From the NCBI GenBank assembly GCA_938091905.1, contig CALKOM010000083.1, forward strand, positions 1 through 41,892: a stretch of 41,892 nucleotides of DNA, read 5' to 3'. The notes under the pieces were generated by a model. It searched no databases, was not told the origin of the DNA, and worked only from the letters and a program-made list of their open reading frames with translations. This stretch comes from an uncultured Verrucomicrobiales bacterium. GTDB lineage: Bacteria > Verrucomicrobiota > Verrucomicrobiia > Verrucomicrobiales > DEV007. Position numbers and translations under genes: made by a program. Each line of letters starts with the position of its first letter. The first letter of the stretch is position 1. Positions 26,556 through 36,272 of the stretch are shown piece after piece.

Positions 26556-28292
26556 TTAGTAAACGGGGTAGGGCAGTAGTTCGATCGGGCGACCCATGAG
26601 CGGAGCGACGTCCTCGTCTCGTAGGTAAAACGTGAGAAGCCCGTAGTCTTTGTAGTGATACGCGAGCCCGTTAGAATCCATGATACTGTCGAGTGCTTCG
26701 CGGGCCGAAACTTCGCCAAAGCTGCCGTACATTCTCACTTCGCGGAAGGCATTTCCTGAGATTCCCTGGAAAGCGTAGATCTTCATCGGTTGCCCCGCCG
26801 TTTCCTCGAAGAGCTTCTCGAATTGCTTTGCCGTATCGACAAAGAAGGCGTCATGGGGAAATGTGGTCGCAGGGAGAACCACCTCATCCAGTTTGGAAGC
26901 TCCCGGTCCTAGCCACGTGCCGTTTGCTTGGCTCAATCGTGTAAGCGGTTCCTCAATCTCCGGGAACCATGGATTGTAGTGCAGGTAGGTGACGAAGTCG
27001 CTTTCGGCTTGTTTGAGATCACCCTTCTTGAGAGCAATCTCGCCGCGCTCAATACGATTGATCAATGGCGCCTGAGTAACGTTCGTGGGCACGCCCCTCG
27101 TTAACAAATAGCCGTCGCTGACGTAGGTGATCTCTGTTAGATCTCGCCAGCGAGAGCGCAGTCGATAAGCCGCGTTTTCCCGATCCTTAAGGTTTGGAAA
27201 AGTGTTCACCACGCAGAAACGCCCGTGATACTCATAGGGCTCGACCGAGCGGTAGAGGTAGAGGGTTTGGTCGGCGCGCTCTGATTCAGGATAGTCGTTT
27301 GCCAATCGATGGGCTTCCTGCATTCGCAGAAGATGTTGCTTGAGAGTCTGATTAGGAAAGTTTTCTAGCGTTCTTCCCACTTTCAGGCCTTTATGAATGC
27401 CTAGTTCCGCTAATACCATCTGAGCCCATAAGCTGTCCTGACTATTACCCAAGGCTGAGGCCCACTTGTAGGCGATGGACCAGTTCGTGCTGGTGTCCAG
27501 CTTGGCCATGGCCAGGCCCTGGAATGCCTCTTGCCTTCCATTATCACGAGTTAAGTTCACGGCAGCTCTCTCGGCCGCGCTAAACGTTTGTTTCCCCCAA
27601 ACTCGCATGACCGGCCGGATGTAGTCGACGTCGACAACGGTAAAGTAGCGTCCACGGGTCGCTTGTGCAGCTGCCAGGGCTTCTTCCGGTTTCGTCTCGG
27701 CGAGCAATGGCAGATCTCGCTTGAGAACGTGATAGAGAAGAGGCTCTTCAACGACCTTTCCGGCGACTTCTACTGCTTTGACGGCATCAATCTTGATCCA
27801 CTTCTTATAGAGTTGAGAGATCGAGTAGAGGCGCTGGCGGGGCGCTTCGAACATGTCATAGAATTGCAGTGAACGCACCGGAGCGATCTCCGCGCTACGC
27901 TCGACGAGACTATCATAGAGCTGAACTTCCTCACTCTGTAGCCGGGGAAGGCCATCGCTAAGAATACCGTCGAAGATCTTCTCCAGTTCTTCGCGGTCTG
28001 CTCTACCAAGACGTTCGATATTAAGGGTAGATTGAGGGCCATCCACGCCCATTACACGCTCAGGTTCCGTCAGAGTGAGCTCGTCGTCCTTGAAGTCCTC
28101 GGCCAGGGGGATATTTCCAGGGATTCGAGAGATCTTCTCTCCCTCGGGCTCAGAGGCATTCCTGATAGCGACCCACCAGATGGCAATCACCACCAGCAGA
28201 GCGGCGGCGGACAAGACGACCAGACGCATGGTCTGGCTGATCTCGATTACAATCGTGCCGTCTTCGTCTCGCTCGATGCCAGGGAACTTCAT
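26556..28292 (-). CDS. Membrane-anchored hypothetical protein with helical repeats and a TPR-like segment
   Basis: 578-aa ORF, single N-terminal TM (LVVLSAAALLVVIAIWWVAI), W..ID...A and KPEEALAAA helical repeats, GEIALKKGDLKQAE TPR-like segment. Confidence 0.7.
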   Translation of the reverse strand: MKFPGIERDEDGTIVIEISQTMRLVVLSAAALLVVIAIWWVAIRNASEPEGEKISRIPGNIPLAEDFKDDELTLTEPERVMGVDGPQSTLNIERLGRADREELEKIFDGILSDGLPRLQSEEVQLYDSLVERSAEIAPVRSLQFYDMFEAPRQRLYSISQLYKKWIKIDAVKAVEVAGKVVEEPLLYHVLKRDLPLLAETKPEEALAAAQATRGRYFTVVDVDYIRPVMRVWGKQTFSAAERAAVNLTRDNGRQEAFQGLAMAKLDTSTNWSIAYKWASALGNSQDSLWAQMVLAELGIHKGLKVGRTLENFPNQTLKQHLLRMQEAHRLANDYPESERADQTLYLYRSVEPYEYHGRFCVVNTFPNLKDRENAAYRLRSRWRDLTEITYVSDGYLLTRGVPTNVTQAPLINRIERGEIALKKGDLKQAESDFVTYLHYNPWFPEIEEPLTRLSQANGTWLGPGASKLDEVVLPATTFPHDAFFVDTAKQFEKLFEETAGQPMKIYAFQGISGNAFREVRMYGSFGEVSAREALDSIMDSNGLAYHYKDYGLLTFYLRDEDVAPLMGRPIELLPYPVY

Positions 28293-28364
28293 ACCACTAA
28301 GTAAACGAGCCCTTTCTGGGATTCAATGGCAAGTGTTGACTTTGTAATGACAGCGTAATGAGTG

Positions 28365-29483
28365 CTAGGGAAGGAAACGAACACACACGGGACTGGGCAC
28401 CTTCACTACATGTGACGTTGGGTCCAGCTCACCTGTCGTTTGGTCTATCCTAAAGATGTTGATTGCGTTCGAATTCTGATTCTCTGCAAGTAGGAATCGG
28501 CCCGTGGGATCGATCACGAAGTTTCGGGGAGAGCTGCCTTGTGTAGGTTCAATCTCGAGCAACTCAAGCTGGCCCTTTGTTCCGGTGACCTTAAAGATGG
28601 CAATGCTGTCGTGGCCGCGGTTCGATCCGTAAACGAAGCGCCCATCAGCTGAGATCACGATCTCGGCAGTGTAGGACCGTCCTTCATAGCTCGGAGGTAG
28701 CGTTGAAATGGTCTGAACGGGTGACAGATTGCCGGTATCACTGTCGTGGTGAAACACAGAGATAGTGTTGGCCATCTCATTGATCACATAAACGCGAGCA
28801 CCGTGGCTCGCGAGATGGCGAGGTCCCGATCCAGGATCGACAACACCATAGGCCATTGCGGCATCACTTAACTCTCCAGATTGAGGATCGAAATTATAGA
28901 CCAACACCTTATCCAAGCCAAGATCGGCAACGAACGCTTGGTTGTTCTGTGGAGATAAGTTGATCGAGTGGGCGTGCGGTACTTCCTGGCGCGATCGATT
29001 GACACTAGCACCCTGATGCTGGACAAACGTGTTTGCTTTACCCAGCTTACCATTCCTTTCAATGGGAATGCTGACTACACTGCCTCCACTGTAGTTTGCC
29101 ACGACGACATGCTTTCCAGTAGCATCCACGGCGAGATGACAGGGATGCGCTCCTTGAGTGGGCTGCGAATTGAGGTGCTTCAAATTGCCATTGTCCTTGA
29201 TCTGGAATGCACTGACAGAACCTGAAGACTGGCGCTTGAATTTGCCAGTCTCGTTTACAGCATAGAGCAATTTCTCGGTAGGATGAACAGCGAGGAACGA
29301 AGAGTTCTCAGTCTTGACCGCGAGCACGGGAGGCGTGCATTCACCCGTTTCAAGATTAATGCTAGATCGGTAGATGCCTTTGCTCTCACCTTTGGTGTAG
29401 GTGCCAATGTAGAAGGGGAGCGTTTCAGCCATGGATAGTGTCAGCGAAAGTGGCAAGAGAAAGAATCCTGCGAGTCGTTTCAT
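28365..29483 (-). CDS. pgl: Lactonase family beta-propeller (6-phosphogluconolactonase-like), secreted
   Basis: YIGTYT, HPCHL, ANYSGG, RQEVPHAH, GSGPRH, YGSNRGHDSI, PRNF. ATG 29483 with signal peptide. Confidence 0.9.
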   Translation of the reverse strand: MKRLAGFFLLPLSLTLSMAETLPFYIGTYTKGESKGIYRSSINLETGECTPPVLAVKTENSSFLAVHPTEKLLYAVNETGKFKRQSSGSVSAFQIKDNGNLKHLNSQPTQGAHPCHLAVDATGKHVVVANYSGGSVVSIPIERNGKLGKANTFVQHQGASVNRSRQEVPHAHSINLSPQNNQAFVADLGLDKVLVYNFDPQSGELSDAAMAYGVVDPGSGPRHLASHGARVYVINEMANTISVFHHDSDTGNLSPVQTISTLPPSYEGRSYTAEIVISADGRFVYGSNRGHDSIAIFKVTGTKGQLELLEIEPTQGSSPRNFVIDPTGRFLLAENQNSNAINIFRIDQTTGELDPTSHVVKVPSPVCVRFLP

Positions 29484-29524
29484 GGTTTCATGGTAAGACG
29501 TAAGGCGACCTAAAACGCAAGCCC

Positions 29525-29884
29525 TCAATTGAAGTAGAGAATGTGGGCCCCGGGGTTTCTCTGATCCGGAACTAACTTACCACCGGTCTCACGGGCGAGA
29601 CGGTTCAGTAAGGGAATGGCCTGCGTCCGGATGTGGGAAGTGTGTCCACGTCCAGAACCGTAGCCATGGATGACTTTCAGTCCGCGATGCTGGCCATAGA
29701 GTGCGTGGCTGCAGGCATCCGATATGCGCCGCTCTGCCAGCTCCCAGGTTTCGCCACCATGGGCGACATCGATTTCATAGAGGTCACGGACGTAGGTTTT
29801 GCGCAAGGACGTCTCGCACTTAGGACACTGACGGGTGTCCCGCTGCGGAATTGTCATGCCGCAGTTGGGACATTCGAAGGGCAT
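29525..29884 (-). CDS. Zinc-ribbon + Smr (small MutS-related) domain protein
   Basis: CPNC...CPKC followed by IDVAHGG...A...LKVIHGYGSG...IR...NPG. Confidence 0.8.
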   Translation of the reverse strand: MPFECPNCGMTIPQRDTRQCPKCETSLRKTYVRDLYEIDVAHGGETWELAERRISDACSHALYGQHRGLKVIHGYGSGRGHTSHIRTQAIPLLNRLARETGGKLVPDQRNPGAHILYFN

Positions 29885-29935
29885 TCCTGTGCTATAGCCA
29901 ACGTCGCTCTGAGTGCAATTGAGAACCCCAATCAG

Positions 29936-30844
29936 CTAGTAGAGATCTTCCGATGGGTTCTGTTTAGGAGCCAGTTCTGCATTGACCCAAGGAGAGCCTG
30001 ATGCCTGACTAAGCCAGTTGCTGGCAAACCGGAACGTAACGAGCCGTAAGCCGCTAAGGATCAGTGCCATCAGGGCAAAGTGAATGATTAGCGTGAGGTA
30101 ATTGAACAGGAACACTCCGGTCTTGGGTTCATTGGCAACAATGAAACCCGTAGGTGACAGTATGGCAAAGCCAACGAAGACAGTAAGGTAGAGGCCAAGG
30201 AAAGGCATGACGATGATGGTGGTCAGCGTAAGGAATACGATGATTACAGCGCGTCGCCAATTCGAGCTTCTTGCGCCGATGATCATTCCTAGTCAATACA
30301 CAACCAGTAAGTAGAAGAGAAGTTCGAACATGACGGTGACCAGATGGATCCATGGAGTCAGGCCGGGCCTCAACAAGACAAAAGCAATGGCGCTGCTGCC
30401 GATCACCAAGGCGAAGACCAGAGCGATACGTTGCAAAGCTCATGCCTTCAATTTCATCAGCGCGGCAGATGGAATTGAAGTTGTTAGCAGAATAGTAAGG
30501 GTTTGTTGGCTCTGCTCACGGACGACCGTGTTAGCGGAAACTAACGCCAAGACGAGGAAGCTCCCAATCCAAAGGCAGTAGCTTAGAGGAGGCGTCGGTA
30601 TCTGGTCCACTAAGAAGCTCGATACAAATTGGTTTGATAGGGTAGATCTTCGAACGGGATCGACTTGAACGCTCTCAGCGAGACTCACTTGCTTCAGCAA
30701 CTTCGTTGGCAGGGCCTCGTCGGGATGCGGTAGAACCACAGTGAGGTGGGTATTCACATCAAAACGATCGAATACGTTGATGGGCCACTCATTGATAAGG
30801 GTGTCGATACCTTGGGCATCGTGCCACATGGCCTGGAGCACCAA
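29936..30844 (-). pseudogene. ABC-2-type permease remnant with two in-frame TGA
   Basis: ORFs 30440..30844 and 29936..30286 are the same frame, joined through TGA at 30442 and 30295. Motif REQSQQTLTILLTT followed by multiple TM helices. Confidence 0.65.
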
Positions 30845-31051
30845 CTTACTGTTGATTGTCGATAGGCGGGGTGGCAGCCAACCTTACGAGGTTTCGAGGC
30901 CACTGATAGGTCATTGCTAGTTTAGTGAAAGGTGATCCGCTGCTCTGCGTCGACGAGCTTTAGGATGACCTGGCATTCAGCAGAACGGCCTTTTAGACTA
31001 TTGGCGAGTGTCAATTCACCATCCAAGGTGAGCTGTCTCTGGGCGGTGAGG

Positions 31052-31096
31052 GAATTGTCGAAAGCTCATCAATCGTTATGAGCTTTCGTTCAATTC
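31052..31096. terminator. Strong hairpin downstream of the methyltransferase gene
   Basis: Perfect 11-bp IR CGAAAGCTCAT(31059-69)/ATGAGCTTTCG(31078-88), extended by GAATTG/CAATTC. No clear U-tract. Confidence 0.5.
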
Positions 31097-31109
31097 GAAT
31101 CTGAGATTA

Positions 31110-32174
31110 CTAGAATCGGCGCTTCTCGAAGAAGAGTGTGAACTCGTGACGATTGCCCGTAAGATGTGTTTCGGCAAGCAACTGCAGCTGTGCTCCTCTT
31201 GCTGAGTGAACGATTTCGTCAAACACGGCGCAAGGAGCCTCTAGATTCTCTACTCGTGGGACTTTTAGAGTGAAGATCACGAGTCCATGGGGTTTCAGAA
31301 AGGCAGCTAGGCGGTTTACATGGCCGATCGATTCGGTTGGAGGCCCATTCAGGTCTGACAGCATGGCATCGTAGGAAGTGTTCTCCTTCGGTTGATACGC
31401 TGCGACATCTGCAAGCACTGCATGGAGGCCCGGTGCACCCTTCAATCGCTTGTCCATTGGGGCGCGATCAATCGCGGTGACCTGCTGTTTCCGGTTTAAA
31501 AGCTCCAAGGTCATGCCGCCAGGAGACGCGCCGAGTTCGATCCAATGGCTGCCTTCTGCTAAGGGCGGCCTATAAAGCTTCAGATAGTGCAAGGCTTCGG
31601 CGATCTTGGCACCGGCTCGGCTAATCGAATCCGGGGCATCGCGATCGATATACAGACTCCCGCCAGGATAGAAGCCCTGGCATTGCTGGGAGGATTGCAT
31701 GCCACAGAAGAGGCCTTCCTTGCCGACGAGGCAGAACAGGGTCTCTTTCTCTGGATCCTGTTCCTCTACGCTACTAACAGCGAGATCCGGAAAGAGCTGC
31801 TGCACGCGGCCTCGTAGATTGGAAGCCAGCCCTTTGTAATACTTGTCAGGCGATCCCGGATTGAGGGGACCGGCAAAGACTCCCTGGGGCTTGCGATGGG
31901 CAAACTTCTTCTTGAGGGTCTGCGCCGCCTTTTCAATAAAGCCCTCCATCTTGCGAGCGTTGCAAGGCCAGGTGTGTTCCATTGGCAGGTTCCAACTCAG
32001 AAACTTCGACCAATCTGAGTCATGCAGCGTGTCTTCTGAAACAGACCTGACAAGGTAGTAATCCTGTCCCAAACGAGTCTCGCCGACGGCTTCAAGCTTG
32101 CGAAATAGGTTTTTGCGCACCGGTTCGAAGATCGTGGGAACCCGGAGAAGCCAAGGAAAGTTGTTCGTCATCAA
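31110..32174 (-). CDS. RlmM/FtsJ-like SAM-dependent rRNA 2'-O-methyltransferase
   Basis: SRAGAKIAEAL, IELGASPGG, TAIDRA, LSD, FTLK, HL..NRHEFT (K-D-K-E tetrad pattern). Confidence 0.82.
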   Translation of the reverse strand: MMTNNFPWLLRVPTIFEPVRKNLFRKLEAVGETRLGQDYYLVRSVSEDTLHDSDWSKFLSWNLPMEHTWPCNARKMEGFIEKAAQTLKKKFAHRKPQGVFAGPLNPGSPDKYYKGLASNLRGRVQQLFPDLAVSSVEEQDPEKETLFCLVGKEGLFCGMQSSQQCQGFYPGGSLYIDRDAPDSISRAGAKIAEALHYLKLYRPPLAEGSHWIELGASPGGMTLELLNRKQQVTAIDRAPMDKRLKGAPGLHAVLADVAAYQPKENTSYDAMLSDLNGPPTESIGHVNRLAAFLKPHGLVIFTLKVPRVENLEAPCAVFDEIVHSARGAQLQLLAETHLTGNRHEFTLFFEKRRF

Positions 32175-32387
32175 CTGCAGAATGAACCCGTTATGGCACT
32201 ATGAAAGAAATCTCTTGCGTTCGGTCCTTACCCGGCGAGTCTCCCGCTTCCTCCTTTGTGGAGGCGAGCGTTTCTAGCCTAACGTAGCACTTGGTTGAAG
32301 ACGCACTCACGGTCACTTCGTTTCATCTACAGTGCCCCTCATGTTAGTCCTCAACCCGAAGGGTCTTACCGACCCTAGCCTTTGCTC

Positions 32388-33749
32388 GTGCATTTCAACG
32401 AATTTCAGCTAGACCCACTCATTCTCCGCGCCGTCGACGCGGCCGGTTTCTCCACGCCCACGCCTATTCAGAAGAAAGCCATTCCGTTAGTCCTCTCAGG
32501 CGTCGATCTCATGGCGTCTGCTCAGACGGGCACAGGAAAGACCGCTGCGTTTGTGCTTCCAACCCTGCATCGGCTTATGCAGCCGCCTGCCAAGAAAGGC
32601 CGTGGGCCGCGTGTCCTCGTTCTCACACCCACACGTGAACTCGCCGCCCAAGTCGATGCCGACATCCAGAAATTTGGTAGATCCTGTCAGTTCACGGCGG
32701 GAAACATCGTTGGTGGGGTGGGGTATGCGCCTCAGATCAAGCTTCTCAAACGACCACTCGACTTGCTCGTAGCCACGCCTGGCCGACTGATGGATCACAT
32801 GGAGCAAGGCCTGGTCGATTTCTCTCGGCTCGAGGTTTTCATCCTAGATGAGGCTGACCGGATGTTAGACATGGGTTTCGTACCTGCGGTCAGGAAGATC
32901 TCTGCGCCGATGCCCAAGAAGCGCCAGACGTTGCTCTTCTCAGCCACGCTGGAAGGCCAGGTGCTGAACATGGCTCAGGAAATGTTAAACAAGCCGGAGC
33001 GGATCCAGTTAGCCGTGAATTCACGACGTCATGACGACATCGCTCAGCACGTCTATTTGGCCGATGACGCTGCCCACAAGCAAGCACTCTTGGAGCATCA
33101 CCTAAAGGACGAGACCTTGAGACAGGCTGTCGTCTTTACGCGGACCAAGCGTCGCGCCGATCGTCTTGCGACCAAACTCATACGGAGTGGCTACAAAGCA
33201 GCGCCCTTGCATGGCGACATGCGTCAGGGTGCACGCAAGAAGACCATTGCTAAAATGAAATCTGGTCAGGTGAGCATCCTCGTCGCGACTGACGTTGCTG
33301 CTCGGGGGCTTGATATCAAGGATATCAGTCACGTGATCAATCTCGATCTTCCGATGGTGGCCGAGGACTACATTCATCGTATCGGTCGAACAGGGCGAGC
33401 TGGCGCAACTGGCATGGCGGCTTCCTTTGTCAGTCTCGAGGAGTGGGAACTTCTAACAGCCATTCAGAAACTGACTGGATGGGAACTGCCCCGCGAGACC
33501 ATTCCAGGCTTGGAAGCACGTTCTCAAGAGCCTCGTAAAGGTAGTCGGTCGAATGCACCTAGCAAAAAGTCGAAACCAAATCGCAATCGGCGACGTGGCG
33601 GTCGTGGTGACCAAGGGGGAGGACCTTCAGCCAAGAAGAAGACTGCAAATCCAGGAGCAAAGAAGGCAGCTAAGAAACGGACGTTTCGTAGGCCTCCATC
33701 GAAGAAACGTCCTCGTCGTCGGCCAGCGTCAGCTCGCGCGGCTAACTAA
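32388..33749 (+). CDS. DEAD-box RNA helicase (RhlE-like) with basic C-terminal tail
   Basis: Q motif PTPIQ, AQTGTGKT, PTRELA, TPGR, DEAD, SAT, ARGLD, HRIGRTGR. Start GTG 32388 or TTG 32382. Confidence 0.96.
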   Translation: MHFNEFQLDPLILRAVDAAGFSTPTPIQKKAIPLVLSGVDLMASAQTGTGKTAAFVLPTLHRLMQPPAKKGRGPRVLVLTPTRELAAQVDADIQKFGRSCQFTAGNIVGGVGYAPQIKLLKRPLDLLVATPGRLMDHMEQGLVDFSRLEVFILDEADRMLDMGFVPAVRKISAPMPKKRQTLLFSATLEGQVLNMAQEMLNKPERIQLAVNSRRHDDIAQHVYLADDAAHKQALLEHHLKDETLRQAVVFTRTKRRADRLATKLIRSGYKAAPLHGDMRQGARKKTIAKMKSGQVSILVATDVAARGLDIKDISHVINLDLPMVAEDYIHRIGRTGRAGATGMAASFVSLEEWELLTAIQKLTGWELPRETIPGLEARSQEPRKGSRSNAPSKKSKPNRNRRRGGRGDQGGGPSAKKKTANPGAKKAAKKRTFRRPPSKKRPRRRPASARAAN

Positions 33750-33956
33750 TCGACTTGCTTTATCTCAGAACGAGGTTATTTGCTTAAGCTTACCCGACAC
33801 GAGGGAAGCAACCAACCCTCCCGCGCTAGTGCGCGATGTTCGTCCGAAAGCCCCGCTGATTCTTGTGGTCATTCTCGTGTCCACCTTACAGCATCCCATG
33901 GGTTATCGTTTGATGAACACATACGGCGGACCGGCTTAGGGAAGCACTTTACCTAT

Positions 33957-36263
33957 ATGGAAGAAAGACTATTGAAATTGTTAGGGCGTAAAGACTATGT
34001 GCCCGCGAATGTGCCGGAACTGCTTCTGGTGTTGAAGGAACCGCGCAATCAACAACAAGCCTTACAGAAGGTTCTGAAAGCGCTAGAGAAATCTGGGCAG
34101 ATCGCTCGGATTAAGGGGAACCGCTACATTATTCCGAGAGAAGCCGATCTCATCCCTGGTCGAATCCAGATCACTCGGCACGGACGCGGGTTCCTTACCC
34201 CCGATGAACCTGGATTAGCCGAGATCTCCATCGCGTCGAGTGCGACGGGAACAGCTCTCCACGAAGATCATGTCTTGGTTCGCCGCGATGTCGTCCCGCG
34301 TGGCAAGAAAGCACACCCGGAGGAGTCTAGATCCGGTGTGGTCGTGCGGGTGCTAGAACGGCGCCGCAGTCAGATCGTAGGCACGTTGAAGCGGAGCAAG
34401 AAGTTCCTTTATGTCATTCCGGATGATCCTCGGATGCCTGAAGACATCTACGTACCCGAGCCTAAAGACGTGGGGCGCCCGGCGCGTGTAGGGGACAAAG
34501 TGGTGGTGCAGTTAGGGGAATGGGTCTCGCGACATACGAATCCGGAAGGGGAGATCATTGAAGTGCTAGGGCCACCCACGGCGGAGGGGGTCGATATGTT
34601 AGCAGTGCTCCGTCAGTATGACTTGCCGCTCAAGTTTCCTGCCAAAGTCCTCAAAGAGGTCAAGCAGTTTGGCAAGAAGGTGACGGAGTCAGACTGCGCT
34701 GGACGGACCGACTGCCGGGCTCATTCCGTGATCACCATTGATCCTGCGGATGCCAGAGACTTTGATGATGCCTTCTATCTGAAGCGGACCGAGTCGAATC
34801 GGTGGAAGTTGTGGGTGCACATCGCAGACGTCTCGCATTATGTGAAACCTGGATCTGCGCTTGATATCGAAGCCGAGAAGCGAGGGAATTCGACTTACCT
34901 AGTGGATCGTGTCATCCCGATGTTGCCAGAAGCATTGAGTAATGAGCTTTGCTCTCTCAAGCCTGAGGTTGATCGCCTAACCAAGTGCGTGGAATTCTTG
35001 ATCGGGGACAATGGCGAAGTCATCCGATCCAAATGTTATCCCGCTGTGATTCATTCGCAGCAGCGTTACAGCTATGAGGAAGCCTTTAAGATCCTCAAAG
35101 GCACCAAGCAGAAGACTCCGATTGAGTGCATGCTCAAAGATGCCGGAAGACTCGCAGCGAAGATCCGTAGACGCCGATTTAAAGCGGGTTCCCTCGAGCT
35201 GGATTTCCCAGAAACCAAGATTCGCCTTGATGATCATGGTGCGGTTCTGAAGATCGAGAAAGTTGAGAACGATGAGTCCCACCAACTCATCGAAGAGTTC
35301 ATGCTCTTGGCAAACGAAGCTGTGGCTGCACGCTTGATCAAGCTCAAGCGTCCGACCATTCATCGAGTCCATGAGCGGCCAGATCCAGATCGCTTGGAAG
35401 ACTACCGCCAGGATGTGCTAAGCCACAATGTGCCTTGCGGAAATCTGGAGAAGCCGGCCGAGGTACAGAAGCTTCTAAAGAAACTGGGCACGCTATCGAT
35501 AGGCCCAGCACTGAAGATCGGCTTTCTCAAGTCGCTTATGAGAGCGCGCTATGCTGTTGAACCGTTAGGACACTACGGCTTGGCCAAGGCCAAGTATGCC
35601 CACTTTACCTCTCCCATACGACGTTATGCGGACCTCGTGGTTCATCGTAGTCTCTTCGAGAAACTGAAGTCTAAGTCTCGGAGCCTTGCTCGCATTGCGG
35701 ATCACCTATCATCAACTGAGAGGAATTCCGCCGATGCTGAGCGCGATAGCAAGAGTGTGAAGCTTTATGCCTTTCTTGAGCATCAGATCAAGTCTGGTGA
35801 ATTGCACACCTACAAGGCCATGGTCACGGACCTACGGAACTTCGGCGTGTTCATCGATGTGGGTGATCTTGGGATGCGCGGGCTCGTCCCCATGTCCTTG
35901 CTTGATGACGACTTTTACGAGTTTGATGACGCACGCATGCAGATTAGAGGACGGCGCTATGGGCGAGTGATTAAGTTAGGGGAGTACATCGAAGTCCAAG
36001 TGGCCAAGGTGGACACGTTCAAGAAGCAGGTGGACTTCAAGCTTGGCGGGAGGAAAGCCATGAAGCCCAAGGACAAACGCCATCGGCGAAAGGGGAAACG
36101 AAAGCCAGCGGAGCAGAAAGAAACGCACAAAGGGCAAAAGAAACGTAGTGCACCCAAGATAGCGGGGCGTGAGAAGATGTCTCGAAAGAGATCTGAAGAA
36201 CGTGGAAAGCAGCCGCGTTCTTCCAGAAACCAACGCTCGAAGAAGGCGAACAAATCGAACTAG
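33957..36263 (+). CDS. rnr: Ribonuclease R
   Basis: N-terminal HTH/CSD, IDPADARDFDDA, HIADVS, FTSPIRRYADL, S1 domain, K/R-rich tail. ATG 33957 preferred over TTG 33780. Confidence 0.95.
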   Translation: MEERLLKLLGRKDYVPANVPELLLVLKEPRNQQQALQKVLKALEKSGQIARIKGNRYIIPREADLIPGRIQITRHGRGFLTPDEPGLAEISIASSATGTALHEDHVLVRRDVVPRGKKAHPEESRSGVVVRVLERRRSQIVGTLKRSKKFLYVIPDDPRMPEDIYVPEPKDVGRPARVGDKVVVQLGEWVSRHTNPEGEIIEVLGPPTAEGVDMLAVLRQYDLPLKFPAKVLKEVKQFGKKVTESDCAGRTDCRAHSVITIDPADARDFDDAFYLKRTESNRWKLWVHIADVSHYVKPGSALDIEAEKRGNSTYLVDRVIPMLPEALSNELCSLKPEVDRLTKCVEFLIGDNGEVIRSKCYPAVIHSQQRYSYEEAFKILKGTKQKTPIECMLKDAGRLAAKIRRRRFKAGSLELDFPETKIRLDDHGAVLKIEKVENDESHQLIEEFMLLANEAVAARLIKLKRPTIHRVHERPDPDRLEDYRQDVLSHNVPCGNLEKPAEVQKLLKKLGTLSIGPALKIGFLKSLMRARYAVEPLGHYGLAKAKYAHFTSPIRRYADLVVHRSLFEKLKSKSRSLARIADHLSSTERNSADAERDSKSVKLYAFLEHQIKSGELHTYKAMVTDLRNFGVFIDVGDLGMRGLVPMSLLDDDFYEFDDARMQIRGRRYGRVIKLGEYIEVQVAKVDTFKKQVDFKLGGRKAMKPKDKRHRRKGKRKPAEQKETHKGQKKRSAPKIAGREKMSRKRSEERGKQPRSSRNQRSKKANKSN

Positions 36264-36272
36264 AATGACGAG

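Noticed and set aside
30293..30442. TGA codons in the permease remnant as selenocysteine or code 4/25 Trp/Gly
   Set aside because: They are not at redox-Cys motifs, no SECIS-like hairpin was noticed, and TGA is a normal stop in intact genes of this window.
33780..33956. 59-aa N-terminal extension of RNase R
   Set aside because: It has a TTG start and no RNase R-like features. ATG 33957 gives a typical N-terminus.
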